A stretch of 64,000 bases of DNA from Thalia democratica (Eukaryota), in NCBI GenBank assembly GCA_965202585.1, contig OZ241833.1, positions 6,758,001 to 6,822,000 of the forward strand, given 5' to 3'. This document shows, piece by piece, positions 1-14,134 of this stretch. A program made the translations under genes and the position numbers. Numbering within the stretch: the first letter of the stretch is position 1; each line of letters begins with the position of its first letter. The notes below the pieces were generated by a model. That model did not search any database and was not told where the DNA came from. It was given only the letters and a program-made list of their open reading frames with translations.

Positions 1-1191
1 CAGGTGTAGTATTTTATGAACATTTTAAATTTAAAACACATGTGATTTTTTGCATTCGACAAGTTAGAAGTTTTTGATAAACATTATTGCTTAAAAAATA
101 TTCTAAAACATACATTATATTGTGTCAAATAATATCATAATTGGATTATCTGCTTGCATGATAATAAGCCATAGTGACGTAACAACAAACCCGAGTTAAA
201 AGTCAATTGCGAGTTCAAGACCTCATTTGATGGTCATTCTGGTACAAAGGAGCCAAATGCTTTGTAATGAGCCAAATGCAGAGTGATAATGGGAATAACG
301 TGTTAAGTTCACCTATTAGACGCCGTCAGTGGCCCTGCCCTAATTATAACCACCGTTATATAAACTGCTCGGGTTTTATTTATATAATTGATGAAAAACA
401 ATTAGCTATTTGTGTTTTAGGTCAGTTGACGCGCTGTTATTCTCAAAGCTCTTTGGTCTTAGAATAAAAAAGTAACTTGATGAAGTGATATTTATGTGTT
501 GATTTGTAAACTCGATGAAAATTGATCAGAACTAAAGTTTACATGAACATTTAAAACAAGTTTGTTCGTTTAAAGTTGTTTTATAAACTTTTTGGTAACT
601 TTTGTGTCAAAACATTTTGTGAAAATTCAAACTTGTATTGCTTAACTAAAAAGCATTATATTAAAAGTATAGATATTTTAATTAATGTTAATTTAAAGTT
701 TATTTCTTCTTCATTGAGAAATATTTCCTTAAGTTGGTGTACTTCCTCTTTAACTATCATAAATATCAATTCTTTATGAATAATTTTGCTTACTAATTAA
801 ATTAAAGCTAGACACTTCCTTTTGAAAGCTACAAGGAAACATTTAATTGTTTTTGGTTTAAAAGTTTTGTTTATACTAAGTTGTTTGCAGTATTCAAAAA
901 AAATATAAATTCGTTATGTCATTTAAAACTTGTCTTGAAACGATAAAACTTTGTTATTTGCTGCGTGACGTCATACTATAGTATTGTCCAATGTCGCCTT
1001 ATAGTTTGCACATGACTGACCACCAAAACTATTTTGCAAGTCTTAACAAACTGTTATCCCTAAAACAATACTTCATTGTTAGAAAGTTTGAATTTTGGCT
1101 CAAAGCGCTTATGTAGTTGTTCTTAAAATAAATATTGAGGTTTACAAACTTCGACCAGTCTGAAATGTTCAAATGTTTTCATTTTTTGAGA

Positions 1192-1350
1192 TAAATCTGA
1201 ATGAATTTAGCTATCTTCATATCAAGTAAAAAAAGGTAGTTTTAGCTATTTCTAAAAATCTTAAAAGTATTAAATCTGAATGAATTTAGCTATCTTCATA
1301 TCAAGTAAAAAAAGGTAGTTTTTGCTATTTCTAAAAATCTTAAAAGTATT
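1192..1350. repeat. Tandem duplication, 2 x 79 bp
   Basis: The unit taaatctgaatgaatttagctatcttcatatcaagtaaaaaaaggtagtttt(a/t)gctatttctaaaaatcttaaaagtat starts at 1192 and again at 1271, near-identical. Confidence 0.9.
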
Positions 1351-2378
1351 TAAACAATTTTTTTTAAATTCATTGACTGTTTTAAATATCTCCCCTAAGA
1401 ATACTAATTAAATTAGGAACTTTTTGATCCATTTAAGTACTTCAACTATTCAAAAACTTAAATAAATAATAATAAAGTCGACGATTTTGTTTAGCTTAAA
1501 CTTATCTAGCAAAAATAAGGTTTATTTTAGGTTAATTGCTAAATTTATGATAAAACAAAAAAAATTAAAAACAATAAGTTCAACAAAAGCTGTTTTTTAA
1601 AACCTTATAGCGTTTTATGATGTCATTGTAAAAAATATCTGCAACTTCAAGCTTACAAGTTAAAGTTTTGTTACTAAATATCCTGTTTATACTTTTATAA
1701 TAATATAAAAAGATTAATCTAATCTTTAAAACTCTTGGTTCTGTAATTTTGTTAAAATAAACTTCATTGCTTTAGCAATAACATATAGTTTTATACTAAC
1801 TAGTGACTTGAGGGAATGTAAAAAAAAGATAAGTATACGTAGTCAAGAATTTTCTTGAGAACTTTATCTTAATCTTAAATCTTAAATTTTCTACCCACAT
1901 AAAATCTGAAATTATCAAGTAGTATCTGGAACTAAAATTGTCAACTAATTACTTTAGAAAAAATAGTTTTGTTCCCTTATTTTTCCCTGTAGTTTTGCTT
2001 TAAAAAGCAGTTTGTTTAGACACTAAATAATATTCTTTTCCTAACGTCTAAAAAAACCTTTATTTTGTTACTTCAGTATTTTTAAACAAACAAAGAAACT
2101 AAAATTGTACTTTTGTGTTGTTAAATGATTAGGGTATTTTTTATGAACTACTAAAACTTTATTTATTTATTTTTATATAACATTACATTTGCTGGTTTTG
2201 TAACAAAAATCTACAGTTATATTTTATCAACATCACCTTAAAGCAACTTGTTGGTTAAAATGCGTTGGTGTTAATTAATTATTATATTACATTTTTACTC
2301 ATTTCAATTGTTATCTTGCAAAGCGGTCGCTCACAAAAACACTAATACATTATAAAAAAAACATTTTAAATAAACTAC

Positions 2379-5300
2379 CTTATTTCTTGTAGGCCCATAG
2401 GTGCTTTTTGTCTTCATTCTAATCGCTTGTTCAAGAACTGCTTTTTCAACGGGTCCGAGCTGAAAAATATCACAAATTAATAAAACGATAAATTATAAAA
2501 ATAATTTAACTATCACATACAAGCTTTTTTTTATAAACTTTAGAATCATTTACTTTGAATTTAAACTAAAAAATAGTATACTAAGCTAGTCACCATGATT
2601 TTTGCACAAAAAAACACATCGATTACAACTTCAAAAATTATCCGAAGAAAAATATTTTTCACGGTAAAAGTTTGCGACAAACAAATTAGATGATTAAAGC
2701 GCATATGCCGTCATTGAGGAGTCATCATGAGGTTGGTGAATTATTCATGACACCTAGAAGTCACTTACACGCATCAATGCTTTCAAATACATGTTCTTAA
2801 CGTATATTTCACGTATTAAAATCTTTTAAACAAAAGCTTAAATATTGTGCAAAAGTATTAAGACTTTGTAAGCGAAAAAAAAATGCTAATTTATAAAAAA
2901 CAACTTACTCGTGTTGACTAAGTTATAAGATGCTGCTGTTTTTATAAAATATTTATAAAATAAGTTCATTAGTGTTGTTTCATAAACATTGAAGTTTATA
3001 TTTTAATTGATTAGTCATATTGCTGTTTTTTAGTTTTTATAATGTAAGCGTTTATTATTATACAATATACATTCTGTACTAATGTTGATTAATTAGTGAC
3101 GATGCTAAATGTTATGATAAGTTTTCACATTATTTTTAATGTAAATACTTAAGTAAGACAGTACCTAAACAAAACGTCATCTAGAACTTTGTTGATACAA
3201 AAGTTGATAAAGTTAATACTCTACAAAATATTATTGATGTTTATCTTACATGGTACTATTACGTTTAATATGTAAAAATATTATTCTCAGCTTCTTAATG
3301 AACAATTAAGGATTTTTACAAAAAAGTAGCTTCAAAAGCGGATTTTTTCTAAACGTTTATAACAACAGATACATAAAAGGTCTTACCTGGCTTGCATGCT
3401 CGTTCACCTGACCGGGGATGAAGTTGGAAGCTCCGGTCAATTTGGACATCGTGGTTACAAACTGCGACTCGTTGTGGGGTGGCCTGTTGTGGGGACTGAT
3501 CAGCGCTGTTGTTATCACTTGAGTCGGCTGGTAGGTCATCTTGCTCGGTACGGTGTATGTGTTTATTAAACCTAAAAATTTATGATTACCAATATTATTA
3601 TAATTGTTTCACATAAAAAACGAATTTAAAGCGATGTAATTCTATCTTATTTTTAGGCTACCTTAATAACAATTAACGGTAAAATTTCAATTAACGAAAC
3701 CGCTAACAACTGAAAACTTTACTAACGATTTGTTCTGAAAATTCAAACTCTGCTCATAAAAACAGGTTTGACACGCCGAAAACCGCAAGCTAGTTTCGGA
3801 TCGAGAAAATTAAGTTGATTTTCAGGCTGAGGTTAGATAACAGCGCAATTATGCAGCTTGGAAATGTTAATTGAAACCCTACAGTTGGCTGATCGATAAA
3901 AAAAATTAAAGTTGTTCAGTTCCACAGTGTCAATTCGTTTCGGTATAAAATTAATAGAACTCTCTGGTTACAAAATAAGTCCTAATACAGTTTTTTTTTA
4001 AGAAATTTACTAAATTAACGATACTTGAGTTTTGATCTAACCGTATTTTCATCTGCTGTAAAATATCGACTGACTTCTAACGAGTTGAAAACTGCTACAA
4101 AATTTCTATTCAACGTTTTTACAACAAAATTTTTCTAAATTACTAATTTCCGAGAAAACTTTATTAAATTACAAAAGTACTATAACATAACATAACTTAT
4201 CATTCTTACAAAAACTTTCAATGAACTGGCTTAAAATTTTACAAAAAACTAACATACTAACAATAAAGATTTATTCATACAACACAAGCTTTAATATGTA
4301 TCAAAAAGATTCATTAAACATGCAAACTTTAATTAAAAATGAAAGCTAACAGACTATTAGGTGTTTTTTTGTACAGTAATTTTAAGTATATCAGTAAACA
4401 AAACAAATTTTATTTTGTAGAAGGTTTTTATTTCTACCTCATTTTATTAAAAAAAAATTGTTTTCTCATTTACTCAGTACTCATAAGAAAAAGACAAGTA
4501 ATACTAAACTTACGTAAAAATAATTACCAGAAACAAACATATCTTTTGCTGAAAAAAAATTACCACGCTTAATGCGGAAACAATGAGGCAGAGAGCGATA
4601 TCAACTTCGTATACACAGCGATGCGTATGTGTACTTAACTGGTTAAAATCGATACTCAAAAGTAGCTCTGAGGGACAAAAACACAACAAGCCTTTGAACA
4701 CGCAAAACTCTTCAAAGAAGGATTAAAGCGATCATTGAGCATTAAAAAACGGAAAATGTAATTTCAATTAATCCCCCTTTTTCTGCTGCCTAGCCGAATG
4801 AACAGCTTCCAATTGACAGGTCTGTAATTTTTGCTGCTGGTGCACATGTTTCGTTGGAAGGATTATATACGCTCAAATCTCAGACAACAATAAGATTTTA
4901 TTTCTGCGGCTGCCATGTGGTTTATAAGGTGGTTTATTAAATATTAATTCTCCAAGTGAAAAAGTTTTTTATGAAAGTTTGTATCGCGATGTTGTTAAAC
5001 TTATAATGTAATGAATTTTTTCAATAAACTTTTGGTTAAACTGTATGTCAATACAGACAGCTTAAATCAATGCTTTTTAAAAATGCTGTAATAATTTTAC
5101 TTTGAAAGTTTAAATACCCTATTAAACTAGTTAAACTATATTTAATACTTTATTGAAAATTACTAAAATGGTAAATTAAAACGTGATTTTGAAAAATTTT
5201 TAAGTAAAAGATTGTTAAAATTAAAAACAACTTTGTTATTATTACTACGCATGGCATATTAAATAAGCAACGCATTTAAAACTGGACTAATTTGAATAGA

Positions 5301-5964
5301 TACTAACTAAATAACTTTTTACTCTTTTTAAATAACATTTTATATTTAGAATTAGCAGCATAAATAAATAACTTTCTAGTTATTTCTCCTAAACTAAATA
5401 TTTAAAAAAAAGCTTCAAAAGTACTTTAACTACTGGAATGCAATAGTAAATTTCAAATACATGAAAAAAAGTATATTTATATCTAGCTTCAAGTAGAAAA
5501 TAGTAATTTCAAAGCAGAAGTGATCTCAGACTTAAAGCACAATGCAAATTTGTTTCAAGAAACGCATCTTTAAAAGTTCAGCTTTTTTTTGTACTTACAA
5601 CGCACGTGTTTTTACTCGACAGGCCAAAGTTGTTTACCGACAGCTAGCGGTTAAAATATTTAAGTGTTTTTTTCTTTCAACAATACTTTTTAAGTATAAG
5701 AAAAAAATATACTTAATTTTACCTCGAATTGTAAAAAAGCCGATTTTGATAGCTCTAAACGTGTAATAAATAGTAATTATAGTTTTACTAGTATAAGAGT
5801 ACGCATAAAATAACTAATATGCAGAGTAACTTTTTAAGTATAACTGTGCAGTGAGCTAAACATTGTTACTAAACATTATATGAACGACTTGTCTTGTTTA
5901 TAATATGTTGTAGTCCTTTACAGTTTTGCACTAAAACTACTTAATTGACTGATTACTATGCTAA

Positions 5965-6001
<37 letters not shown>

Positions 6002-6182
6002 AGATGTTCTTGTGCTAAAACTTTATTTCAACTAACGGCGTTTCACTGCTCTCAAATAAATTTAAGAACAGATCAGTGAAACGCCGTTAGTTGAAATAAA
6101 GTTTTAGCACAAGAACATCTGTGATATACATTCCGATAAGCTTAGCTTATCAGGATCTCCAGGATTTAACGCCTTATAACGT

Positions 6183-6213
<31 letters not shown>

Positions 6214-6722
6214 TATAATGTCCATTGTCACTTAAGTTTATTTACTTTTGATTATTGCGGAAGCACTAAACAATTGTAAAGTAATAAAATATTTAAAACT
6301 TTCGAATTAATTGTAAGAAAAAATATGCTTATAAATACATCATTCTAACCTGGTAGAAAGTTGAAATTGGGTGGAAACGGTTGGTTGTTCAACACTGGCA
6401 AATGTACCGGCAGATTTTGCACTTCTGTAGGTTTACTTCCTGATGCACCTGCTGCAGTTTGGTAAACCTGACTGTTCTTACTCATTTTCGGAGGCGGAAA
6501 TATCGGAGGCGGTAGAGAATTAGAAGTAAATTTTTGCTCTACTTGTTGGCCTGGAACTTGCAACGGAACATTTTTGTTTTCGTCTGCAAGCTTTGAGAAA
6601 ATTGCAGGGTTGTTTGTGGGTGGTAGTAGGTATGGCGGAACGGGTGGAACCTGGAAATTTATCTGGGGAGGTGGTATCGGTATCGGTGGTGCTGGGTTTT
6701 GAACCGGCGTAATTGGAAGCAT
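2379..6722 (-). CDS. Unidentified Pro-rich protein, partial (3 linked coding exons; 3' end not resolved)
   Basis: Exon 6744-6350 (acceptor tacag, AAAATG at 6722, donor gttaga, phase 1) joins exon 3571-3387 (acceptor tttttag, donor gtaaga, phase 0), then exon 2459-2379 (acceptor tttttcag, donor gtagtt). The frame stays open: MLPITPVQNPAPPIPIPPP...NFNFLPG|LINTYTVPSKMTYQPTQ...NEHASQ|LGPVEKAVLEQAIRMKTKSTYGPTRNK. No domain recognised. Confidence 0.65.
5968..6216. repeat. (TA)n microsatellite interrupted by a ~190-bp insertion containing a perfect 55-bp inverted repeat
   Basis: (TA)n at 5968-5998 and 6190-6216. Arms 5994-6048 and 6074-6128 are exact reverse complements around a 25-nt spacer. Confidence 0.9.
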
Positions 6723-9700
6723 TTTGAATAAGTTATTATAAACACTGTATAAGTGGTACATTATTTTGTGTTAGTAGTTTGATAGAACTTTGCAAACTAA
6801 ATAGAACGGTTAAATTTGTTTAGTAAAAACAGTTATTTATATAAATTTGATAAATTATCTATTACAGAAAATTAAAAATAAAAACAGAAAAATGTTCTAC
6901 TTGATTTACTCAGCTATATGTATTAAAAAATCAAGAATTTGCTTATAAATAAAAAAAAATCTTAATCCAGTTTTTATTAAGTATGCACAACAGTGTGTAT
7001 ATTAAATTTATTGAACAAAAACAAATATATGTTCAAAAAAACTTTTAGTCCAAGGTGCACAAAAACACCTCTCGAGTCGCACACCCAACAGAAAATTAAA
7101 TGAAAAGTAAATACAAAGTAAAAAACGTTTAATATATGTAATATATATATAAACTAAATTAACATATAAACTGTTTTCAAAATAAAATTTTTAAACTCAA
7201 AATAGTTTTCATTAGTAAGTTTTAGTATTTAAGTAGTGTTAATGAACAGAAATTGGTAAATAATGATAAGATTAGTTTTAAGAATATAAAAAAAGATTTC
7301 TTTATTTATAGGTATGCACAGCCTAGTTTATACTATGTTTTAAGTAATTACAGTTTTTTACAGTGTAAGTAATTTACTCTATGCGATTTACTCAAAAACA
7401 TAAGTATTTTAAAGTTATAGTGAACAGAAAAGAACAAAAATGTACAAGGTAAAAATTGTGTACAATTTAAAAAAATTTGCTATTCGATTTTACTTGCCTT
7501 TTAAATAAAACTTAAACTTAACCTTTATATATATATATCAACATGATAAACTTTTGTTGATCAATTGTTGTATATAAATTAAAAATAATGTCAATCAATT
7601 TACAAAAAAAAAAAACTTAAAAAAAATACTGAAATACTTACTAAACTTTATCAATAAAAAAGTCGTTTACCATCTAATTAAATTATATTTTTTGATTTCG
7701 AAAACAACAAAAGCTTTTATATAACAAAGTACTTAATTTATTAGACACTAATTTTTAAAAACTAAGTAAAAATTAAGCCATCTAACTTTTAATTAAGTGT
7801 AATCAACACACATTATTATTAGTTAATAAGTTGTTATGTTTTAATGAACATAAGTGATTTTAGTTGTTTTTTTTATGAGCTTTTACACAAATTTTCTTAT
7901 ACTATAAAATACTAATTATAAACATTTTGAAAATCAAAAAATGCTAACTAGTTGAAGTGCTTAAATAGCTCAAATTTAATACATTTTTTTTAAATTTGTT
8001 TATAAGTTTCAATCTGTAAAATGTTGCATAACAAAAAAGGAAAACACATATTTTATTGTGTTTTGCTATTTGTAAAACTTACTCGTTATTTAATCTTAAT
8101 ATGAACATATTTAGTAATTTTTAACTCAATATTGAACAAAAAAACTGTATAAAGTACGTGTATTTTTCTGATACTAACATCAAAGGTTTTACTTAGCTTT
8201 ATGCTGTTATAGATAATTGTAGACTTTAATAAGTTTTACATCTATCAAACTAAAAAAAATTCAAGTAAGACACATAATAAAGAAATCAAAAATACGCTGA
8301 AATATTTTTTCTGTGTAAATTTATTAATTCACACAAATTGTTAAAAAAAAAGAATTATTAAGTTTTTTTTCTACCTGCATATACTAAAAAAGCTAGCTAA
8401 GCAGTTTTTCTACATTTTATAATATAACAGCCTAAGCTGATAAAAAAGTTTTTTTATGCATTAAAAATGAAACTTATAAAAAGAGAGCTAAATAACTATA
8501 GTGTATACTTTAAAGCTAAAATAAAAAACTTTTAAAACTAATTTGATTTACTTTATAATAAAGATTCAAATGTGAAAACACAGTGATCATCTTTTGCAAA
8601 AATTTATTTGCAGTCTAAACAATAAACTAATTCATGACAAAAAAAACAATATATTAAAAAAAAAAAGTAAGTTGCTAAACTTAAATCACGTTTCAATATT
8701 ATTTATTTATTTCAAAAAAAAAAACTAATAAAGGCACCTCAGTTGAGTAAAACAAAATTTTTGTATACGTTTTTATATAGTTATATTAATATTACAAAAT
8801 CATCGCGTTTACATTTTTGAAGAGTCCTTATGAAGCAGATGCTTCTAAACCATTTTTAAATGTAATAATTTTTCAAATAAATACTTAAGTGATTATGATA
8901 CTAACATTGTGACAAAACAATGAGAACCAGTACTTATGTGCAATTCGAAAAGGTTAAATAATCATTGTGTTCAGTATTATAGAACAAAATGACTGTTTTG
9001 GTAAGTAAAGTTATAGCTATACAATGAAATAAGTTATCTGAATTGTTTTTTTTGAATTTATTTTAATTTTAAACGTTTTTGAAAATGTTTTTGGTAACAA
9101 TAACACAATACTATACTAATAATCTAGTGTTTTCCTAACTAAAAATTTAAAACAACTAATATGCTCCACATTACTCTTATATTTTTACAAAATTTTAATT
9201 TTAGTTTAAAAAAAGTATAAGTTTACACTTCAAAAAAATATTTTATCTACAAAGATATTTTAATCAGCTGTAAAACATAAAAATAAAGTCAATACAAACT
9301 ATAATAATGTAATAAGCTCTTTCGCTAAAAAATATAATTAGCTATCCAAATAATATAAAAAAATAACTAGTGTATATATTTAATAGAAATTACTTTAAAC
9401 TAAATTACTAAACAACATAAGACGTTACAGTCTTCTTAAATACATTCTATATTATGTTATATTCAGAGCTAAAAAAAAATGCTCTAAAAACTTAGTCAAC
9501 TATTTGTAATTAAATTAAGTTAAGTGACTTTTTAGATAGATTACTTAGAGATTAAGTTAAAGTAAAGTGATATTAAAACGTTTTAACAAAATAGAATTTT
9601 ATTAATCAGCTTGTTTAAACCTTAGTTTATAAAACTACTTTTAAAGCTTATTCGAGTTCACAATCTAAACAACTATCAAGAATATCTCACACAAGAGAAC

Positions 9701-11288
9701 CTGATCAAATAGTTTAGTATTAATTTTTTTCAATATTTAAAGTAATGTTTTAAAAGTAAGATATAAATTCAGCTCGTAATTATTTAGTTAAACACTTGTT
9801 TAGATTAAGTTGTGATGTAGATAAAATGCTCATGTCTCTAACTTGTAGAACATAAAAAAAACTAAAATAAACGTCTGCTGATTGAATTAAAACGTCTGCT
9901 GATTTCGAACTAAAAGTAATTTAACAGATTTAAATAAAGAAATAATTTAAAAAAAATATTTTAAAGACAAAAAAAAAGTTATGAAAGTTTAGATAAGGTA
10001 AATAAAAAATAATAAGAATAAAAGTAAATTACCAAGTAGTCTTTAACAATATTTTTAGCTGTAACCGTATCAAACACTTTGTTTCATTGTCATATGGTAC
10101 AAGCAAGTTTTCTAGGTTATTTTAAATTGCGTTGACTCGATATATAAATAATTTTGATAATTATGAAGAGTACATCAACCTTTTATAGAAACTTATTTAT
10201 AAAAAAAATATTTATTTTACTAAAAAATTGTTGTTTAAGTTTTATTTTCTTATACAAAATAGAGTTAAAGTTATTAGTGCTATCTAAAAATATTTGTGTA
10301 TTTTTCCTAAACTGTATTAAATTTCAAGCAATGTCATTTCTAATATTCAATAAATGATGCAAATTAATCATTTTCGAATAGTATTTCCTAGTACAGACCA
10401 CATTTTTTTTTATTACTCATAAAGTTTTTAGATATTTAAAAGCTTTGTATACCTTAGCATTAAACTACACTAACATTTTCATTTTCATTAACGTGATCTA
10501 TATATACATACTTTGTTTTTGAGAATGTTTAAAGTTTTAACTTATCTTCATAAGACAAAGTTTTTTTTACCAAAAAAAAATCAATATTACATTAAAATGT
10601 TTTAACGAAGTCAATAATAAAATTTTTTAAACAAAGTTCAAGGAATGTTGAATTTTGAACCATGTTTAATATATGTACCATAGTAAATAGTTTTTATGAT
10701 ATTATAGCTTTGCAGGATGTATGTTAAAATAGTTCAAAGTTTTCGTTAAAAAAAAAACGTTGTTACACACTTTGCTAAAAATAAGACTATTTTTTAATAG
10801 ATAACTTAATACAATCTGAAACATTTACAACTTTTTAGTAAAACATTGTTTATTTTTCAGCAAAATTAAAAAAAAGTTTTGATTTTTTAAAAACATGATA
10901 ACAAATTAAGAACAACACTAGTAAAATTAATTTGATCATAATCTTACACAGACTTTAGACAACACTATGTTTTGTGTATTTTTAATCTAATTAAATATGA
11001 AAAAATTAGAATAAAACCTTTAAGTCTTAAATTCTTAATTTAGTAAATAATCTTAAGTGTTTTTATTTAAAACAACGCGGTTGTATAGATTACTGATGGC
11101 AACAAAACACATTAATAAAGTTTGAATATTTAATAACTTTTATATAACAACAAGGATTTTTACTAAAAAATAGCAAAGAAAGTATCGGCAAAAGTTTACA
11201 GAGCCTAAGTTTGGACTTCTGTATGTCGTGAGAAAAGTTCACATAAAGGTTTGATCAAATTCGATTATCAGACCACAAACCTTCGGTA

Positions 11289-11333
11289 GACTGAGACTCG
11301 GGTTTCGTTCTCATTGAAACTCGTCAGTCAGCC
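11289..11333 (-). ncRNA. Type-I hammerhead ribozyme motif (GUC cleavage triplet)
   Basis: Minus strand: GGCUGA-CUGACGA-GUUUCAAUGAGAAC-GAAA-C-CCGA-GUC^UCAGUC. Stem I GGCUGA/UCAGUC, 4-bp stem II, invariant core intact, minimal stem III. Predicted cut between 11295 and 11294. Confidence 0.8.
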
Positions 11334-12189
11334 GCAACCAAAAAACTTGCAGTCGTCAGTCTACAAACAGTTTATCATGTTTTTTTTTTATCAAGCAATA
11401 AGTAGATTTGTTTAAAACAGTAAAAGTTTTTGTAAAGTAATGATTGATAACTATTTTGAGTATATAAAAAAAGTCTTTTTAAGTTAAAAACTTTATCAGC
11501 TCAGGTTTAAAAAGTAGTACCTACACACTAGTAGAAAAATAAAACAAGAAACGATATCTAATGAAAAATTTGACCTAAAAAATAATGTTTTAATTAACTT
11601 AAAATAAGAAGCTCTCGTTAAGATATACATGCTTCCAAAATAAAAATATTTTATCTTTTTGAATTGTCAAATTTTACAACTACAATTTTATATGTATACT
11701 TATAGACCAACTATAACAAAATAAATCACGTCAACAAACATAAAAAAGTACTTCAAAACTCTTTGATTTGATAACCTTGTTTTAAGAGGAAAACTTAAAT
11801 AAATTTCATAAAGACTATTTCAAAGTTTATATTTTAACAGTATTTTTTATTAACTATTTAACCAGTCAATTGTTTTTAAGCATATATATTAAAAATTTAG
11901 TAAGTGTACTTACAAAAAGCTACTATATAACTAAATAAAAACTCACCCAAAGTCTAAATGTCATAAGATTATGACAAAAATTGATAATGAATGAAAACTG
12001 ATAATTAAATAATTCAGACTTGATTAAAGTCATTAGAACCTAATTAGCATACTTAGTAAGGACTATCCTTAGGTATAAAATAGTTATCAGTAATTTCCTG
12101 AAAATATGAAGATACTATACCCAGTGCAACATTTTCTAATCAAAATATAATTGCTCTTAAAGTAAAAAATGTCTAAGACCAGGCTGGTT

Positions 12190-12300
12190 TTTTTCAGAAC
12201 TGATTTGATCTTTTAAATCATTTGGCAGTTCTCTCTATAACTTGCTACCATCATAAACTAGAGGTTCATACCCATGTCTGTTACAGTTTGGTACGAACAA
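12190..12300 (-). mobile_element. Degenerate non-LTR retrotransposon (CR1/L2/Jockey-like) ORF2 3' end
   Basis: Minus translation HGYEPLVYDGSKL*RELPNDLKDQISSEK resembles the typical LINE ORF2 C-terminal YG..S..Y.G.KLWN.LP..K motif; contains a stop. Confidence 0.4.
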
Positions 12301-14134
12301 TTTTTTAAAGTAGATATTCTTAATGGTTGTGTACTCTATCTATGTTTTCAAAAAAGAATTTGTTATTAACTGGTAAAAAGTCATTATTTAAACATAAAGA
12401 CATCTAAATAGCTCAAGTTTAAACAAGTTTTCAACATTTGATACTATTTTGTTACTTTCAGGTTACAATTTTTTTGTATCTTTTAATAACAAATACATCT
12501 AATTGTTTAGTTTTTAAGTACATAGACTTCATTGTTTTTTACTTTATTTGTACTAACCTAGCACAACTAACTGTATTTTATGTGACTCATGAAGAGTGAA
12601 TTAGAAATAAAATACAAAATATTTTTATTTAAAGACTATCTGTTTTTATACAAAACATCAACTGTGTTTGATAACTTAAATTTAAATTTTTTACATGTTC
12701 TTTTTTATTTTATATTACTATCCCTTATACAATGTTTACAACTAAATAGTTTTTCATCATTGTTTAACCTATTTTATATTATTTTTTATCTCTATGAAAA
12801 ACATGCATTTTGTTTATAAACATTTAACTTAAGTCTGTTTTTTATATGCAAGTCTTAAGTTATCTAAAGTTCGGAAGTACTGTTAGCACTGTTTTTTGCA
12901 TATGTGTTTCTAAGAAAGTTGTACACAATGATAATTCATATGCAAGTTTAGAACCCAAAAACCGGTATTGTTTTACAAACGGTTAACATATATTAAACAG
13001 TTAAGAAACAGTAAAGGTCCTAGAACTAAACTCTGTTGTACTTTCACATCATTATTTTCGCTGGTTGAAACATATCCCGTAAAAATCAAAAAAAAATTCC
13101 ATTCAGTAAGATATTATCACAATAAAAAACTTTAGTTTCCATTTATAAAACTATAATTTGCCAAATAGAATATCTCTAGTCACACTATCAAAAGCTTTAT
13201 TTAAAATAGGGGAGAGTAACGTTTTTTGTCGGCAGGCAAGATGTGAAATTATTAGCTTAATGTGGGTCGAAGTAAATAAGCTTTAATTTAGTTTACGAAA
13301 GTTACTTAAATATACAACTTGTTTGGTTAAAATCTTATTTTAATGTAAAACTTTAGAAAGTTGGCTCAAAAAATGTGGTGCGATAACTAAAGGAAACTCT
13401 TTAGTGGCTACTTAGTCTCAAAAAATATTTAAAATAAGATATTTAAAAAATCTTTTGTCTTAATTTTAAAATTGAAAAATATATATATTTATTACATAGT
13501 GAATTTAGGTTTTCCTAATTTTTTTTTTGATCAAGTAAGAAGACAAGGGTTAAAGACTAAACAAACAGTCAATGGCCTTTATCTCACAAAATATTAAGTT
13601 TATATAAAAAAAGTTTACCAATAAAATTAATTCGCCGAAAAAAGTAAAAACAAAATAGTGAAAATTTAAATTTTGGAGATATGCTGCGATAACTAAAAAA
13701 AAGCCAAAATGTTTTAATTTTGTCTTTCGGCTCTAGCACCGACTTAATAAACTCGAGTTAAAAAAATATCATACACTTTTTGCTGTATGATTATTGATTA
13801 CGCTTTTAAACAACACAAAAAAAAAATTCTTTTAGAACAAAGAACAAAGATATTGTTATGTTTAAAATTTTTGAAGTCAAGAAAAATTACTCGAATTTCC
13901 CCTTATTTTTAAATGATTATCGTATTGAAGAGATTGTCATACAATTGTGCGCAATCACAAAATAGTCGGTAATTGATAGCAGAACAACAAACCTTTCAGT
14001 TTTATTCGACTAAATACTGTCAATTGAAAATAAAACTGGAGCTGAAGCTCAGATAAATAGAAAAAATAAGAATAACATTTTTAAACTTCTCTTGAAACGG
14101 CTTTTTTTAGATTATATTAAAAAAAAACAGTCTT

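Noticed and set aside
11281-11370. Simple non-coding first exon of the Pro-rich gene (GTTTGT donor at 11280)
   Set aside because: Not called as a feature: the GC island is better explained by the hammerhead structure, and the donor could be chance. Kept only as a possibility.
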